This document shows positions 28,003-37,247 of a stretch of DNA of 64,000 nt, piece by piece; the first letter of the stretch is position 1; each line of letters opens with the position of its first letter. The position numbers were made by a program, and so were the translations under genes. The stretch spans positions 7,553 to 71,552 of the forward strand of contig CAIKAF010000030.1 in NCBI GenBank assembly GCA_903825395.1. The letters are read 5' to 3'. The stretch comes from an uncultured Flavobacteriales bacterium. Its GTDB lineage: Bacteria; Bacteroidota; Bacteroidia; CAIKAF01. The notes under the pieces were generated by a model, which had not been told where the DNA came from, searched no databases, and saw nothing but the letters and a program-made list of their open reading frames with translations.

Positions 28003-28033
28003 ACACAAAAAAGCCCCACATTGCTGTGAGGCT
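28003..28033 (-). terminator. Rho-independent terminator after tRNA-Asn
   Basis: Minus strand reads agcctcac-agcaat-gtggggct followed by tttttgtgttt. Confidence 0.5.
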
Positions 28034-28044
28034 TTCTCCTTTTG

Positions 28045-28121
28045 TGGCTCCCCCTCTTGGACTTGAACCAAGGACCCTCTGATTAACAGTCAGATGCTCT
28101 AACCAACTGAGCTAAGGAGGA
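28045..28121 (-). tRNA. tRNA-Asn (anticodon GTT), CCA encoded
   Basis: Reverse complement is tcctccttagctcagttggttagagcatctgactGTTaatcagagggtccttggttcaagtccaagagggggagcca. 7-bp acceptor stem (one G-U), anticodon loop ctGTTaa, TPsiC loop ggttcaagtcc. Confidence 0.9.
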
Positions 28122-28281
28122 GTATTTTCCCTTAAAAAGGGACGCAAATATAATGGGCAAACCGGATTTTTCCAAATCAACACACAGCAAATTCGCTGCA
28201 AGCTTTCATTTTTTTTCGCCAAACCCGATTCCCATTCCACGCATTCCATGGTTTTTCAAGGCCAAACCTGCCGATTTTTTC

Positions 28282-28289
28282 TACCTTTG
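28282..28289 (+). promoter_or_regulatory. -7 box TACCTTTG upstream of ahcY
   Basis: TAnnTTTG match 30 nt before ATG 28320. Confidence 0.4.
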
Positions 28290-28319
28290 CGCCCTAGACG
28301 ATTAAAAACTTCCATTTAA

Positions 28320-29633
28320 ATGAAGCCTTCTTTCCCCTTTACTCCCTTTAAAGTAAAAGACATCAGCATGGCCGAATGGGGCCGCAATGAAATCCGATTG
28401 GCTGAAGCTGAAATGCCCGGTCTTATGGCCTTGCGCGCTGAATACGGCAACAGCAAGCCCCTTGCCGGAGCCCGCATCGCCGGTTGCCTACACATGACCA
28501 TTCAAACCGCCGTGCTGATTGAAACCCTGGTAGATCTCGGCGCAGAAGTTACCTGGTCTTCCTGCAATATTTTCTCGACCCAAGACCACGCCGCTGCCGC
28601 TATAGCCGCCGCCGGCGTTTCTGTGTACGCCTGGAAAGGCCTCACCGAAGAAGAATTCGATTGGTGCATTGAACAAACTCTGTTCTTTGGCGAAAACCGC
28701 GAACCCCTAAATATGATTCTGGACGACGGTGGCGACCTTACCAATATGGTTCTAGATCGGTATCCCGAATTGGTGGCCGGCATCAAAGGCTTGTCTGAAG
28801 AAACCACCACCGGTGTACATCGCCTTTACGAGCGCATGAAAAAAGGCACTCTACCCATGCCTGCCATTAACGTTAACGACTCGGTGACCAAATCAAAATT
28901 CGATAACAAGTACGGCTGCAAAGAGTCCCTGGTGGATTCGATTCGCCGAGCTACCGATGTAATGATGGCCGGTAAAGTGGCCGTGGTATGCGGCTACGGT
29001 GACGTAGGTAAAGGTTCAGCCGCCTCCTTGCGCGGCGCCGGAGCCCGGGTTATTGTTACCGAAATTGACCCCATTTGTGCGCTGCAAGCCGCCATGGACG
29101 GTTTTGCCGTTAAACGACTTTCTACCGTTGTTGGAGAAGCCGACATCGTGGTTACCGCCACCGGAAACAAAAACATTGTAACCGGCGAGCACTTCCTGAA
29201 CATGAAAGACAAAGCCATTGTCTGCAACATCGGACACTTTGACAATGAAATCGATGTGGCTTGGCTCAACCAAAACTTTGGCCAAACCAAAGTCACCATC
29301 AAACCTCAGGTGGATTTGTACAACATCAACGGCAACGATGTTATTCTACTGGCCGAAGGCCGACTGGTGAACCTGGGCTGTGCTACCGGACACCCTTCAT
29401 TTGTTATGTCAAATTCCTTCACCAACCAAACGTTGGCTCAGCTGGAATTGTGGACCAACCACAAGGCCTATGGAAACGAAGTGTACACCCTACCCAAGCA
29501 TTTGGATGAAAAGGTGGCCTCGCTTCACCTGGCAAAAATCGGAGTGGAATTGGAACAACTGTCTCAAGATCAGGCCGATTACATTGGAGTAGAGGTGAAA
29601 GGGCCGTTCAAGCCAGAATATTACCGCTATTGA
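28320..29633 (+). CDS. ahcY: Adenosylhomocysteinase (S-adenosyl-L-homocysteine hydrolase)
   Basis: [28 protein letters not shown]-terminus, NAD-binding [18 protein letters not shown]-terminal KPEYYRY. Confidence 0.95.
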   Translation: MKPSFPFTPFKVKDISMAEWGRNEIRLAEAEMPGLMALRAEYGNSKPLAGARIAGCLHMTIQTAVLIETLVDLGAEVTWSSCNIFSTQDHAAAAIAAAGVSVYAWKGLTEEEFDWCIEQTLFFGENREPLNMILDDGGDLTNMVLDRYPELVAGIKGLSEETTTGVHRLYERMKKGTLPMPAINVNDSVTKSKFDNKYGCKESLVDSIRRATDVMMAGKVAVVCGYGDVGKGSAASLRGAGARVIVTEIDPICALQAAMDGFAVKRLSTVVGEADIVVTATGNKNIVTGEHFLNMKDKAIVCNIGHFDNEIDVAWLNQNFGQTKVTIKPQVDLYNINGNDVILLAEGRLVNLGCATGHPSFVMSNSFTNQTLAQLELWTNHKAYGNEVYTLPKHLDEKVASLHLAKIGVELEQLSQDQADYIGVEVKGPFKPEYYRY

Positions 29634-29635
29634 TG

Positions 29636-29660
29636 AAAAGGGCTTCGGCCCTTTTTTTTT
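29636..29660 (+). terminator. Rho-independent terminator of ahcY
   Basis: aaaagggc-ttcg-gccctttt followed by a T-run. Confidence 0.75.
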
Positions 29661-29693
29661 GCTCTATACCTAGCAGCTGGCCATGGGCTTCCG

Positions 29694-29701
29694 TATCTTT
29701 G
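29694..29701 (+). promoter_or_regulatory. -7 box TATCTTTG, 4 nt upstream of ATG 29706
   Basis: TATCTTTG-tagc-ATG. Confidence 0.45.
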
Positions 29702-29705
29702 TAGC

Positions 29706-30500
29706 ATGAAACGGGGGTTTATTTTAGCATGGTTGTTGATTTTGGTGGGTGCATCCTCCTGCTCTACAGATTCGGGTTGCTCCGACCCCAATGCCCTGAA
29801 CTACGATTCAACCGCTAGCCCAACCGCCTCAGATTGCGCATATCCCGGTCGGGAGTATGGGTTTCCGGTGTTTTATTTTGGGTCTACCCAAAGTGCCGCC
29901 TCGGGCGCTTTTTCCTTGCCTTTTTTTCAAACCTTAGACATGAGTCATCCATCGGCCATTCCCATTTCAGTGTATGGCGCAGGAAACGACCCTTTGTATT
30001 CAGCAGCGGCACCGGGCATTCTTGCGGCCTATGGCGTCACGGCCTTCCCTAAGTTTTGTGTTGGTGCACAAATGCCCACCACCGAATCGGCCCAAGTGGA
30101 AATGGATTTACAGCTGGAATTTCAATCGGCAGCCAAAGTGGGGATTGAAGTGAAAACTCAGAGTGTGGGTGGAGACTCCATAGCCTGGGATGTTTTTGGC
30201 TTCCGTTACCAAGGTCTGCATCAGGTGGCCTTTGTGAATGTGTATGCTTTAATTCCCGAGACCTTGGCTGTTCAAGCCGGGGGAGTCAATCAGCCGGAAC
30301 GGCATTTGAATGTATTGGCTGAGGGCGCTGCTGCTTCAGGCATAGGAACGGAAGTGCTGTTCTCTGAAACGGGAAGCCCGGCCTTTCGCCTGAGATTGTC
30401 AATGCTCCGCCCCGCCTCTTCACGCCGCTATGTAGCCGTAGTTTGGTTGGCCAATGGAAACACCTACCTGCCTGCAAATGCGGTTTGGATTGAACCTTGA
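29706..30500 (+). CDS. Lipoprotein of unknown function
   Basis: Lipobox LVGASSCS, followed by a Cys-containing linker. No recognisable motifs. Confidence 0.55.
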   Translation: MKRGFILAWLLILVGASSCSTDSGCSDPNALNYDSTASPTASDCAYPGREYGFPVFYFGSTQSAASGAFSLPFFQTLDMSHPSAIPISVYGAGNDPLYSAAAPGILAAYGVTAFPKFCVGAQMPTTESAQVEMDLQLEFQSAAKVGIEVKTQSVGGDSIAWDVFGFRYQGLHQVAFVNVYALIPETLAVQAGGVNQPERHLNVLAEGAAASGIGTEVLFSETGSPAFRLRLSMLRPASSRRYVAVVWLANGNTYLPANAVWIEP

Positions 30501-30567
30501 GGCGGAGATTCGGTCCGGAACAAACGCGATTCTGCAAGGGTAAACCAATAATTTAAATTCCAATTGT

Positions 30568-30957
30568 ATGCGGTTTAAAGTACATATGCCAAAACATCTA
30601 AGTCCCGTTTTTAGTGCCGAGTTAACCCAGGCTCAATTGCGTTTTAAGGAAGGTCAAATCCAACAAAGCTGGACACATTTGGAACGGGCACACATAGTAG
30701 GTCAACCCTATCCATATGCGCACTCGCTGGTGCATTGGAAGATGTTGATTTTTGGCTTTCGCACCAAAAATTCAAAGGAAATAATGGGCCAAGTACCAAG
30801 GCTGTTGGTGGGCGGAGTCAAATCGTTTGTAGGGGAAATTCCCGAAGGAAATACGGGTGGGGCCAACGTACCACCCTTAAAACGAATGCCAATCCCCGAA
30901 GACCTTTACCAGATTATCCACGCCAAGGAAGAGCGCAGAACCGCCCGCAGAACCTGA
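30568..30957 (+). CDS. DUF3703 domain protein
   Basis: SWTHLERAHIVGQPYPYAHSLVHWKML.FG....KEIMGQVPRLLVGGVKSFVG.IP.GNTGGANVPP matches my memory of the DUF3703 pattern. Confidence 0.65.
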   Translation: MRFKVHMPKHLSPVFSAELTQAQLRFKEGQIQQSWTHLERAHIVGQPYPYAHSLVHWKMLIFGFRTKNSKEIMGQVPRLLVGGVKSFVGEIPEGNTGGANVPPLKRMPIPEDLYQIIHAKEERRTARRT

Positions 30958-31022
30958 AGGGCTTTGGGCCTGCGCCAGGCTCAAACGCTCAGGAAAACAC
31001 CGCGCCTCAACGCATTGAGTTG

Positions 31023-31173
31023 GCCTGCGGCAGGGATTGACGAGGCTTGCCCGCAAGGCCAACGGCGGCAGCTGGCGCGTGGCGAGGAGGCGACTTTAGG
31101 AGCCACCGCAGCCCGCTGACAGCCCGCCGGTGGGCGCGGACAAGCCCGGAAAGCCCGGCTGCCGCCCAAAAAC
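31023..31173 (-). repeat. Family-A element, copy A4 (subfamily II)
   Basis: gcctgcggcagggattgacgaggcttgcccgcaagg...ggaggcgactttaggagccaccgcagcccgctg...aagcccggaaagcccggctgccgcccaaaaac. Confidence 0.85.
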
Positions 31174-31218
31174 AAAAAAATACCCCTGCAAATTGTACCT
31201 TGTCAACGAAACCGAAAT

Positions 31219-31560
31219 GTGTACTCTATGATTCAATGGCAAGCTGGGCAGCCGCCGGAAGGACCCTATTATGCGTCGATTTTTAACTATTTTCTGTCGG
31301 AAAATTTGGAGGGCTATGCCGAATACGATGCGCTAACGCTGGATTTGGTGCGCGAAATGCCTGGATTTTTGGGCTATGAAAGCATGAAGCACGATGGGCG
31401 GGGTAGTTTTATCAGTTACTGGTCAGATTTGGCTTCGATTCAACACTGGGGGCGGCATGCGGTGCACCAAAAAGCGAAGGAATTGGGGCGGTCAACCTGG
31501 TACCGGTATTACCACAGCATGATTGCCGAAGTGCAGCAGGCAAGGTTCCATGGGCTTTGA
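31219..31560 (+). CDS. Antibiotic-biosynthesis-monooxygenase (ABM) fold protein
   Basis: ~110 aa with YYASIFNY......Y...........PGFLGYES.......G.FISYW....SI..W pattern. Confidence 0.6.
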   Translation: MYSMIQWQAGQPPEGPYYASIFNYFLSENLEGYAEYDALTLDLVREMPGFLGYESMKHDGRGSFISYWSDLASIQHWGRHAVHQKAKELGRSTWYRYYHSMIAEVQQARFHGL

Positions 31561-31584
31561 GCCAAACCTGTTCGATATTGGTGG

Positions 31585-32169
31585 CTAGCGATTGGACTTG
31601 GGCAAAACCAACGAGCCCATCATCCGTGCTCGCAAATCTGCATACCGCTCTACCTGATTCAGCTCTGCCGCAAACGTTAAAATCACGGCTTTGGACTGCA
31701 GTACCCAAATGTACTGATCAAATTCCAATGTGTATATGCCTTCCTTTCGGCGGTGAACCATGCGGTAGTATTCTACACCCCTACCCTTCTCCCGTTGATT
31801 CAGCAGGATTTGCGCCTCGGGGAAAAAGCGCTTCACTTGGTCTTCACTGAAGGTTGCAAGGGCCGATAAATCCATGGGCTGATCAGAGAGGTCTTGCTCC
31901 AACAGGTTGATGTTCTCGCGAAATACATCTTGACTCGATTCCAAAGGAGAAAGTAAAATAAAGGAAGTGCCCATTAGCCCATCTTTCAGCACTTCCCAGT
32001 TGCTCGGATGTTCAATGCTGTATCCGGAAACCCGGCTCTTTTTCCAGTTCGAGGCCTTAGAAAGAGCGCTGGAATTTTGAGCCTGTGCCAGGGCTAAACT
32101 GCATTGCATGGCGAGGAAAATAATGCCCAATTGTTTTACCTGCGAAGCAAAGTCCCCAACACCCGCCAT
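31585..32169 (-). CDS. Secreted PsbP/DUF1795-like protein (start uncertain)
   Basis: Signal-like MAGVGDFASQVKQLGIIFLAMQCSLALAQAQ. GYSIEHPSNWEV......SFILLSP.......FRENINLL pattern. The longer track start (32220) overlaps the upstream gene. Confidence 0.45.
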   Translation of the reverse strand: MAGVGDFASQVKQLGIIFLAMQCSLALAQAQNSSALSKASNWKKSRVSGYSIEHPSNWEVLKDGLMGTSFILLSPLESSQDVFRENINLLEQDLSDQPMDLSALATFSEDQVKRFFPEAQILLNQREKGRGVEYYRMVHRRKEGIYTLEFDQYIWVLQSKAVILTFAAELNQVERYADLRARMMGSLVLPKSNR

Positions 32170-32198
32170 CCCAATCCTAAAACCCCAACCGATTCTGC

Positions 32199-33122
32199 TC
32201 ATGCCATTTCCTCTAGCCAATCCCGTTGAATCGCCACGGTCCCTTTTTTCCCTACCACAATTCCTGCCGCCCGATTGGCCCGGCGAAGGGCGGTTTCTAC
32301 TGCCAAGCCCTGAGCCAAACCCACCGCCAGAACGGCAATCACGGTGTCACCAGCTCCACTCACATCAAATACTTCTCGAGCCTGAGTAGGAATACGCTGT
32401 ACCTGACCTTCATGCCAATAGGCCATTCCCAGCTCACTTAAGGTAACCAACAGGTCTGAAATTCCGGATTTTTGAGCCGCTTCGGCCAAAGCATGCGCAA
32501 TGCCATCCTCGTTCATGGGCAGTTCCTTACCCAAATAGGCGCAGAGTTCTTTCCAGTTCGGACTAATCCAATGGCTGCCGGAATAAGCAGTCCAATCTGA
32601 ACTTTTGGGGTCGGTTAGGCAGCGCCCACGGGCCTCGCGGCACCGCGCATACACATATTCCAACACCTGTGGGTGGCAGCTTCCTTTGGCATAATCAGAC
32701 ACAATCCAAACGCCCGAAAAATCGGCCCCAGACAACAGCTGTATTAGGTCTTGAGGATTGGGCAGCGGCTGAGTCTGCTCTTCATCCAAGCGCAGCAGTT
32801 GCTGTGCGCTGGCCACAATTCGGGTTTTGTGGGTGGTGGGGCGATCTGAACACACCAATGGCCTAAAATCCACACCCAAATCATGAAGCAAGGTGCTTAG
32901 GGTTTTAGCTTCGGCATCTTGACCAAGCAAGCCGAAAAGTACGCACCGGGCTCCCATGCCCACCACATTGGCCGCTACATTTCCGGCTCCTCCCGGTTGT
33001 TCTTTGCGCTGCAGCACCCGCACTACCGGCACCGGAGCCTCGGGCGACATTCGATCGCTGCGCCCCAATAGGTAGCGGTCCAGCATCACATCGCCCAACA
33101 CATGAATGGTTACCGGCTGCAT
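32199..33122 (-). CDS. PfkB-family sugar kinase, RfaE domain-I type (D-glycero-beta-D-manno-heptose-7-phosphate kinase)
   Basis: VLGDVMLDRYL.G...R.SPEAPVPVV......QPGGAGNVA N-terminus and C-terminal DVSGAGDTV motif. Confidence 0.75.
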   Translation of the reverse strand: MQPVTIHVLGDVMLDRYLLGRSDRMSPEAPVPVVRVLQRKEQPGGAGNVAANVVGMGARCVLFGLLGQDAEAKTLSTLLHDLGVDFRPLVCSDRPTTHKTRIVASAQQLLRLDEEQTQPLPNPQDLIQLLSGADFSGVWIVSDYAKGSCHPQVLEYVYARCREARGRCLTDPKSSDWTAYSGSHWISPNWKELCAYLGKELPMNEDGIAHALAEAAQKSGISDLLVTLSELGMAYWHEGQVQRIPTQAREVFDVSGAGDTVIAVLAVGLAQGLAVETALRRANRAAGIVVGKKGTVAIQRDWLEEMA

Positions 33123-33126
33123 GCGT

Positions 33127-33852
33127 TTAGGTTAAGCGCACCGCCAGGTGCAGGTAATTGTTGACCGCCCCCAGCACTTCATATCCCCGATAATGGCTTG
33201 CAAAAAATTCGGTGAAGGCTTTAAACTCGTGGGTAGGCACTCCAAATTCATCAAAAATCAAAACATCGCCGGCCTGCAAGTGCGGAGCCAACATGTTCAT
33301 GGCATAGTAGGCCGAGCTGTACAAATCGCCATCCAGGTGTACCACACGGCGGCCGGTTTTGGGGATGTGCGCTAAAAAGGGCGGCAGGGTATCCTGAAAC
33401 AATCCGGCATGCCAGGTTATGCGGCTGTCCCTGATATCGGGCACCTGCCCTTCAGCACTCATATCTCCTTTTTTAAACACATTCCAATCTTCGGGTAGGC
33501 CCGTAAAGGTGTCAAATCCATGAAAAGTAGAGCGCTCATCGCGGTTGAATTCCACCCACCAGCGAAACGATTCTCCGCGAGCCACACCAAATTCCAGGTA
33601 GGTGATTTCTCCGCCCAATTCCTCGGTAGCCATCAGGTGCCGGTGCAAGCGCTGCCGGTTGTCGTAGCGGTAATGGGCAGAATAAAAATCATTCAGGGCC
33701 AATTTTCCATGCTTGGCTCTCCAGGCCGACATTTTACTCAGGTACACCAAATTCAACAAAGCGCCAGAAAAGGGTTCCACCAGCAGATGAAGGCGAAACA
33801 GCATAAATAAAGCCTTGATTTTGCGAATGAAAAACAACTTAATCCTCATCAT
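33127..33852 (-). CDS. TylF/MycF-like SAM-dependent O-methyltransferase
   Basis: YLEFGVARGESF, GFDTFTGLPE, VHLDGDLYSS and GDVLIFDEF blocks. Confidence 0.7.
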   Translation of the reverse strand: MMRIKLFFIRKIKALFMLFRLHLLVEPFSGALLNLVYLSKMSAWRAKHGKLALNDFYSAHYRYDNRQRLHRHLMATEELGGEITYLEFGVARGESFRWWVEFNRDERSTFHGFDTFTGLPEDWNVFKKGDMSAEGQVPDIRDSRITWHAGLFQDTLPPFLAHIPKTGRRVVHLDGDLYSSAYYAMNMLAPHLQAGDVLIFDEFGVPTHEFKAFTEFFASHYRGYEVLGAVNNYLHLAVRLT

Positions 33853-35681
33853 TTCTTTCCTTTTTTTGTCCCCGGATGCCCGGAATTCCCTTTTGATTTA
33901 TCCGTTACAGCTGCAGATTTCTTGGGCGCTGCGCTTGGTTTTTGATTCAATGGCTCGGGCAACAGCCAGGCCGTAATTCCCAAGCCGGTCAACAATGCGA
34001 TCCAGGGCATCATGGGCGTAAAATAGCGCGTCCAATCTTGCCACATAAAGGATATGTTCCCATACAAGGTGAGTCCGGCTGTCACCAGCAAGGCAGCCAT
34101 AGCCAGAGCATGTGCCCCGGAATAGCGGCGACGCAGCACATACACAGAACCCAGTCCGGCCAACAGCAGCAATAAATCCAGAGGATTGTAAGGGAAATTG
34201 AACCAGCTTCCAAACGACCCATAATACCGTTCCTCTGTCGAGGTCCGCACCAACAGGCGGCGAACGGTCAATTTAAAGGCGGGCGCGAAGGAGTTTTTAA
34301 TGGCCACCCAATTGTAAAATGTGGTACCTCCGTAGCTGCTGTCGGGCACCAATGCCTCCAACTGCTGCTGCGTTTGCATCATGCTTTCCCAATGGGAATC
34401 AATGGTTTCTGTTAGGCGCCCGGCCGTTTCATCGGACTTCATTCGAGTCCCTATTCCGTTCAATTGTCCGGCTATTTTTTCTGCATTTTCCCTCGATATT
34501 TTTCCCGCCTGCAAGAGCGGATTCAAGGCGGAGAACAACACATTTATCCGTTTGCTTGCCGAATCAATGGTTAGAGCGGTAGCCCTCTTTTCAAAATATC
34601 CATCCACCGATTGCTGCATGGCCTTGGCCCGGGCATAGGGCTGTGGGCGCACTTGAGGATTCAGCCACAAAAACAACACCAGCATGGTTGTTGCCGCTAC
34701 GCTGCCACTAATTAGCAGGCTTTTTCTGCGCTGCGCATCAGACCAAATCGTATAGAGCAAATAGGCATACATGGGCAAGGTAGCCACCACGGCCATGGCC
34801 CCGTTCAGTTTTGAAGACACTGCGGCTCCCATGCTCAAACCAAGGGCCAGCGACCACAGCGTCAACTCCTTTAGCGGTGCGGCCTGTGCAAAAGCAGCAT
34901 GCCAGCGAATCCACAACGCAAAGGAAAGCAAAGAGAAAAACACCACGAATGAATCAAGCCCTACGGCGGTATGCACATCGAAAAAAGCGGTATTAAACAG
35001 CATCAACACCGAAGCGAGTATGCCGGCCAGAGGCTGACGCAGCAAAAATCCAATCCAAAGTAAAACGGCAAAAATGCCTATGGTAAACAAGGCGTTCACT
35101 TGCCTGCCGGCATAAATTAAATCGGTAGGCGTGTAGGCAAAAGGAGCATTGCTGGGCTTACCTTCCGGGGTTTCAAATTTGAAATACCCATCGGGGTTCA
35201 CTTCGCCATTGCGGGCATACATCCAGGCGCCCATCAGGAACTTCCCTAAATTCGGGGCCTTCCAGCCAAAAGTCCAAAGGGCATTATCGAACCATTGATA
35301 ATCGCTGCGGGGAAAAGCCAGGGTATCGTATTTCACCAATTGGCTGTAGCCATTGTTTTCATTTTTCAGTGTCACGTAATCGTAGGGGAATTTCACTGTA
35401 TCGGGCGAAAATTGAGCCCATTTCTCGCCGGTAAACACATCCACTTTGTTTTCCCAGGCATAGGTGGGGAACCAATTGTCGAGCGCTTTGGGCTGCCGCA
35501 CATGGCCTTTGGCAAACATCGCCCAGGAAGAAACCGAAGCGCTGGTCCACATTTTCTCATCGTATCCCTCGGCAGGGCGGTCGTCCAAGCCAATCACATA
35601 AAACGATTTAATTCCGGCCAGAATCAGCAGTACAGCGCTGAGGGTCAGGGCCAAAGTTCGCGAGGTTAGCCATGCTTTCAT
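33849..35681 (-). CDS. Large polytopic membrane protein, GT-C/PMT-like glycosyltransferase candidate with Lys-rich C-terminal tail
   Basis: N-terminal TM, a ~160-aa loop, then more than 8 TMs. ATGA-type overlap with the downstream methyltransferase gene. Confidence 0.45.
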   Translation of the reverse strand: MKAWLTSRTLALTLSAVLLILAGIKSFYVIGLDDRPAEGYDEKMWTSASVSSWAMFAKGHVRQPKALDNWFPTYAWENKVDVFTGEKWAQFSPDTVKFPYDYVTLKNENNGYSQLVKYDTLAFPRSDYQWFDNALWTFGWKAPNLGKFLMGAWMYARNGEVNPDGYFKFETPEGKPSNAPFAYTPTDLIYAGRQVNALFTIGIFAVLLWIGFLLRQPLAGILASVLMLFNTAFFDVHTAVGLDSFVVFFSLLSFALWIRWHAAFAQAAPLKELTLWSLALGLSMGAAVSSKLNGAMAVVATLPMYAYLLYTIWSDAQRRKSLLISGSVAATTMLVLFLWLNPQVRPQPYARAKAMQQSVDGYFEKRATALTIDSASKRINVLFSALNPLLQAGKISRENAEKIAGQLNGIGTRMKSDETAGRLTETIDSHWESMMQTQQQLEALVPDSSYGGTTFYNWVAIKNSFAPAFKLTVRRLLVRTSTEERYYGSFGSWFNFPYNPLDLLLLLAGLGSVYVLRRRYSGAHALAMAALLVTAGLTLYGNISFMWQDWTRYFTPMMPWIALLTGLGITAWLLPEPLNQKPSAAPKKSAAVTDKSKGNSGHPGTKKGKK

Positions 35682-35685
35682 GGGG

Positions 35686-35693
35686 TAAAGATA
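35686..35693 (-). promoter_or_regulatory. -7-like box TATCTTTA, 4 nt upstream of ATG 35681
   Basis: Minus strand reads TATCTTTA-cccc-ATG (last base deviates from consensus). Confidence 0.35.
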
Positions 35694-35726
35694 CTAAGGG
35701 TTTTAGGATTATTGATGGGGTTGAAG

Positions 35727-35885
35727 TGGGGGCTGGGGGCGGCGGGCGGGCTTTCCGGGCTACTCCGCGGCTACCGGACGGGCTGGCAGCGGGCTGCGGT
35801 GGCTCCTGACGTCGCCTCCTCGCCCCGCGCCAGCTGCCGCCGGCATCCTTGCGGGGTAGCCTCGTCAATCCCTGCCGCAGGCGGC
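35727..35885 (+). repeat. Family-A element, copy A5 (subfamily II)
   Basis: gggggctgggggcggcgggcgggctttccggg..ggctaccgg...tggctcctgacgtcgcctcc...cctcgtcaatccctgccgcagg. Confidence 0.85.
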
Positions 35886-36120
35886 GTTGAGCGTGTTGGG
35901 GGTATTGATTCTCTATTGCGGTTTTGGCATGGCCTCGGCATTCAGAATGGGTGTCGCACTGCTGAACCCCTTTATTTTTATCATTCCCTTGCCTGAAATT
36001 TTTTCAAGGCAGCAGTAGCGACCTACCCTTAACGTTTAGAAAGAATATGGAGCATACCGATAAAACCCAGAGTCGAACTTTATGTGCCTCCATGCGTTAT
36101 TATCTCAGTATCAATTTAAA

Positions 36121-37044
36121 ATGGATTCCACAGGCCGTTCCAGATTCATGCACATTGCCCATAGCAAATTGCTGTCCGATTCGGCTCGAATCTGGGGCGA
36201 AAAAGCAATTCTAAGTATCGCCATTGTCTCGTTTATTATTCATTTGGCCCTTATTTATTTGCTTCAATGGGGCTGGATTTCATTGCCGGGGGGGACCGAG
36301 TTGTTAAGCAACCCCATCGCGGCCATTTATACCCCCTTTTCGTTTATTCTGCTGTACGAAGTCTATTTGTTGATTTATTACCTTCCGAAGTCCATCACCA
36401 CCTACATTAGCAAGCAGTATGAAATCATTACCCTGATTGTAATACGACGTCTATTCAAAGATTTGTCGAATTTATCGCTCACCTCAGACTGGTTTCAAAG
36501 CAATTACGACCTTCAGTTTACCTACGATTTAATCACATCCATTGTGCTGTTCTTTTTCATCTATTTGTTCAATGTGCAAAGTCGAAAACGGCATGCGCGC
36601 ATCCCTGAAGATGGAATTCAGGCACAATCCATTCAACGGTTCATTCAATTAAAAAAGACCATTGCAACAGCCTTGGTACCCTTGTTTTTGCTCCTTGCTG
36701 TATTTTCCTTCGGACATTGGGCTTTGGGTTTGATTCAAACTTCAGACGGGATAGCGCTATCGTTTAAAAACATCAATAATATTTTCTTCGAGCAGTTTTT
36801 CACTGTTTTGATTTTTGCAGATGTGATTTTATTGTTGTTCTCTTTCTATCATACCGACGATTTTCATAAGGTTATACGAAATTCAGGGTTTGTAATTTCT
36901 ACCATCTTGCTCCGCATTTCTTTTTCAGTTACAGGCCTGCTCAATACCGCTCTTATCGTGGCCGCCATTGTTTTCGGATTGCTTATTTTGTTGATTCACA
37001 ATCGGTTTGAAAAGCACTTGTCGGAGCAGCCACAATCGGTTTAG
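36121..37044 (+). CDS. Polytopic membrane protein of unknown function (AT-rich gene)
   Basis: About 6 hydrophobic helices. ATG 36121 (MDSTGRSRF) is preferred over the 36082 track start. Confidence 0.55.
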   Translation: MDSTGRSRFMHIAHSKLLSDSARIWGEKAILSIAIVSFIIHLALIYLLQWGWISLPGGTELLSNPIAAIYTPFSFILLYEVYLLIYYLPKSITTYISKQYEIITLIVIRRLFKDLSNLSLTSDWFQSNYDLQFTYDLITSIVLFFFIYLFNVQSRKRHARIPEDGIQAQSIQRFIQLKKTIATALVPLFLLLAVFSFGHWALGLIQTSDGIALSFKNINNIFFEQFFTVLIFADVILLLFSFYHTDDFHKVIRNSGFVISTILLRISFSVTGLLNTALIVAAIVFGLLILLIHNRFEKHLSEQPQSV

Positions 37045-37077
37045 TGTTTGGCGCGTTCCGATTCCCGGCCATAAACA

Positions 37078-37162
37078 GCCTGAAATTTAAGAACGATTTA
37101 GTGGTTACGGGGGTACAGTACGGTCTGACGATTGGCGGGCAGGCGATTGGCCCGCTTTTCAC
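37078..37162 (+). repeat. Flanking direct repeat, copy 1 (gcctgaaatttaa...cggtctgacg...ttttcac)
   Basis: Shares the 13-mer gcctgaaatttaa, the 10-mer cggtctgacg and the ttttcac end with 37968-38057 at similar spacing. Confidence 0.55.
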
Positions 37163-37247
37163 AAGATCGTTTAACCGAAAGTAAAACGTAATCTTTAAAA
37201 ACTATTTGTTGTTTCGACGAAAGATTTGGGCTGGCACTTGGTTGCTG

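Noticed and set aside
28122-28319. Possible SAH/SAM riboswitch in the ahcY leader
   Set aside because: I could not find a conserved pseudoknot or stem pattern. The leader after the TACCTTTG box is only ~30 nt, too short for a riboswitch. A cmscan would settle it.
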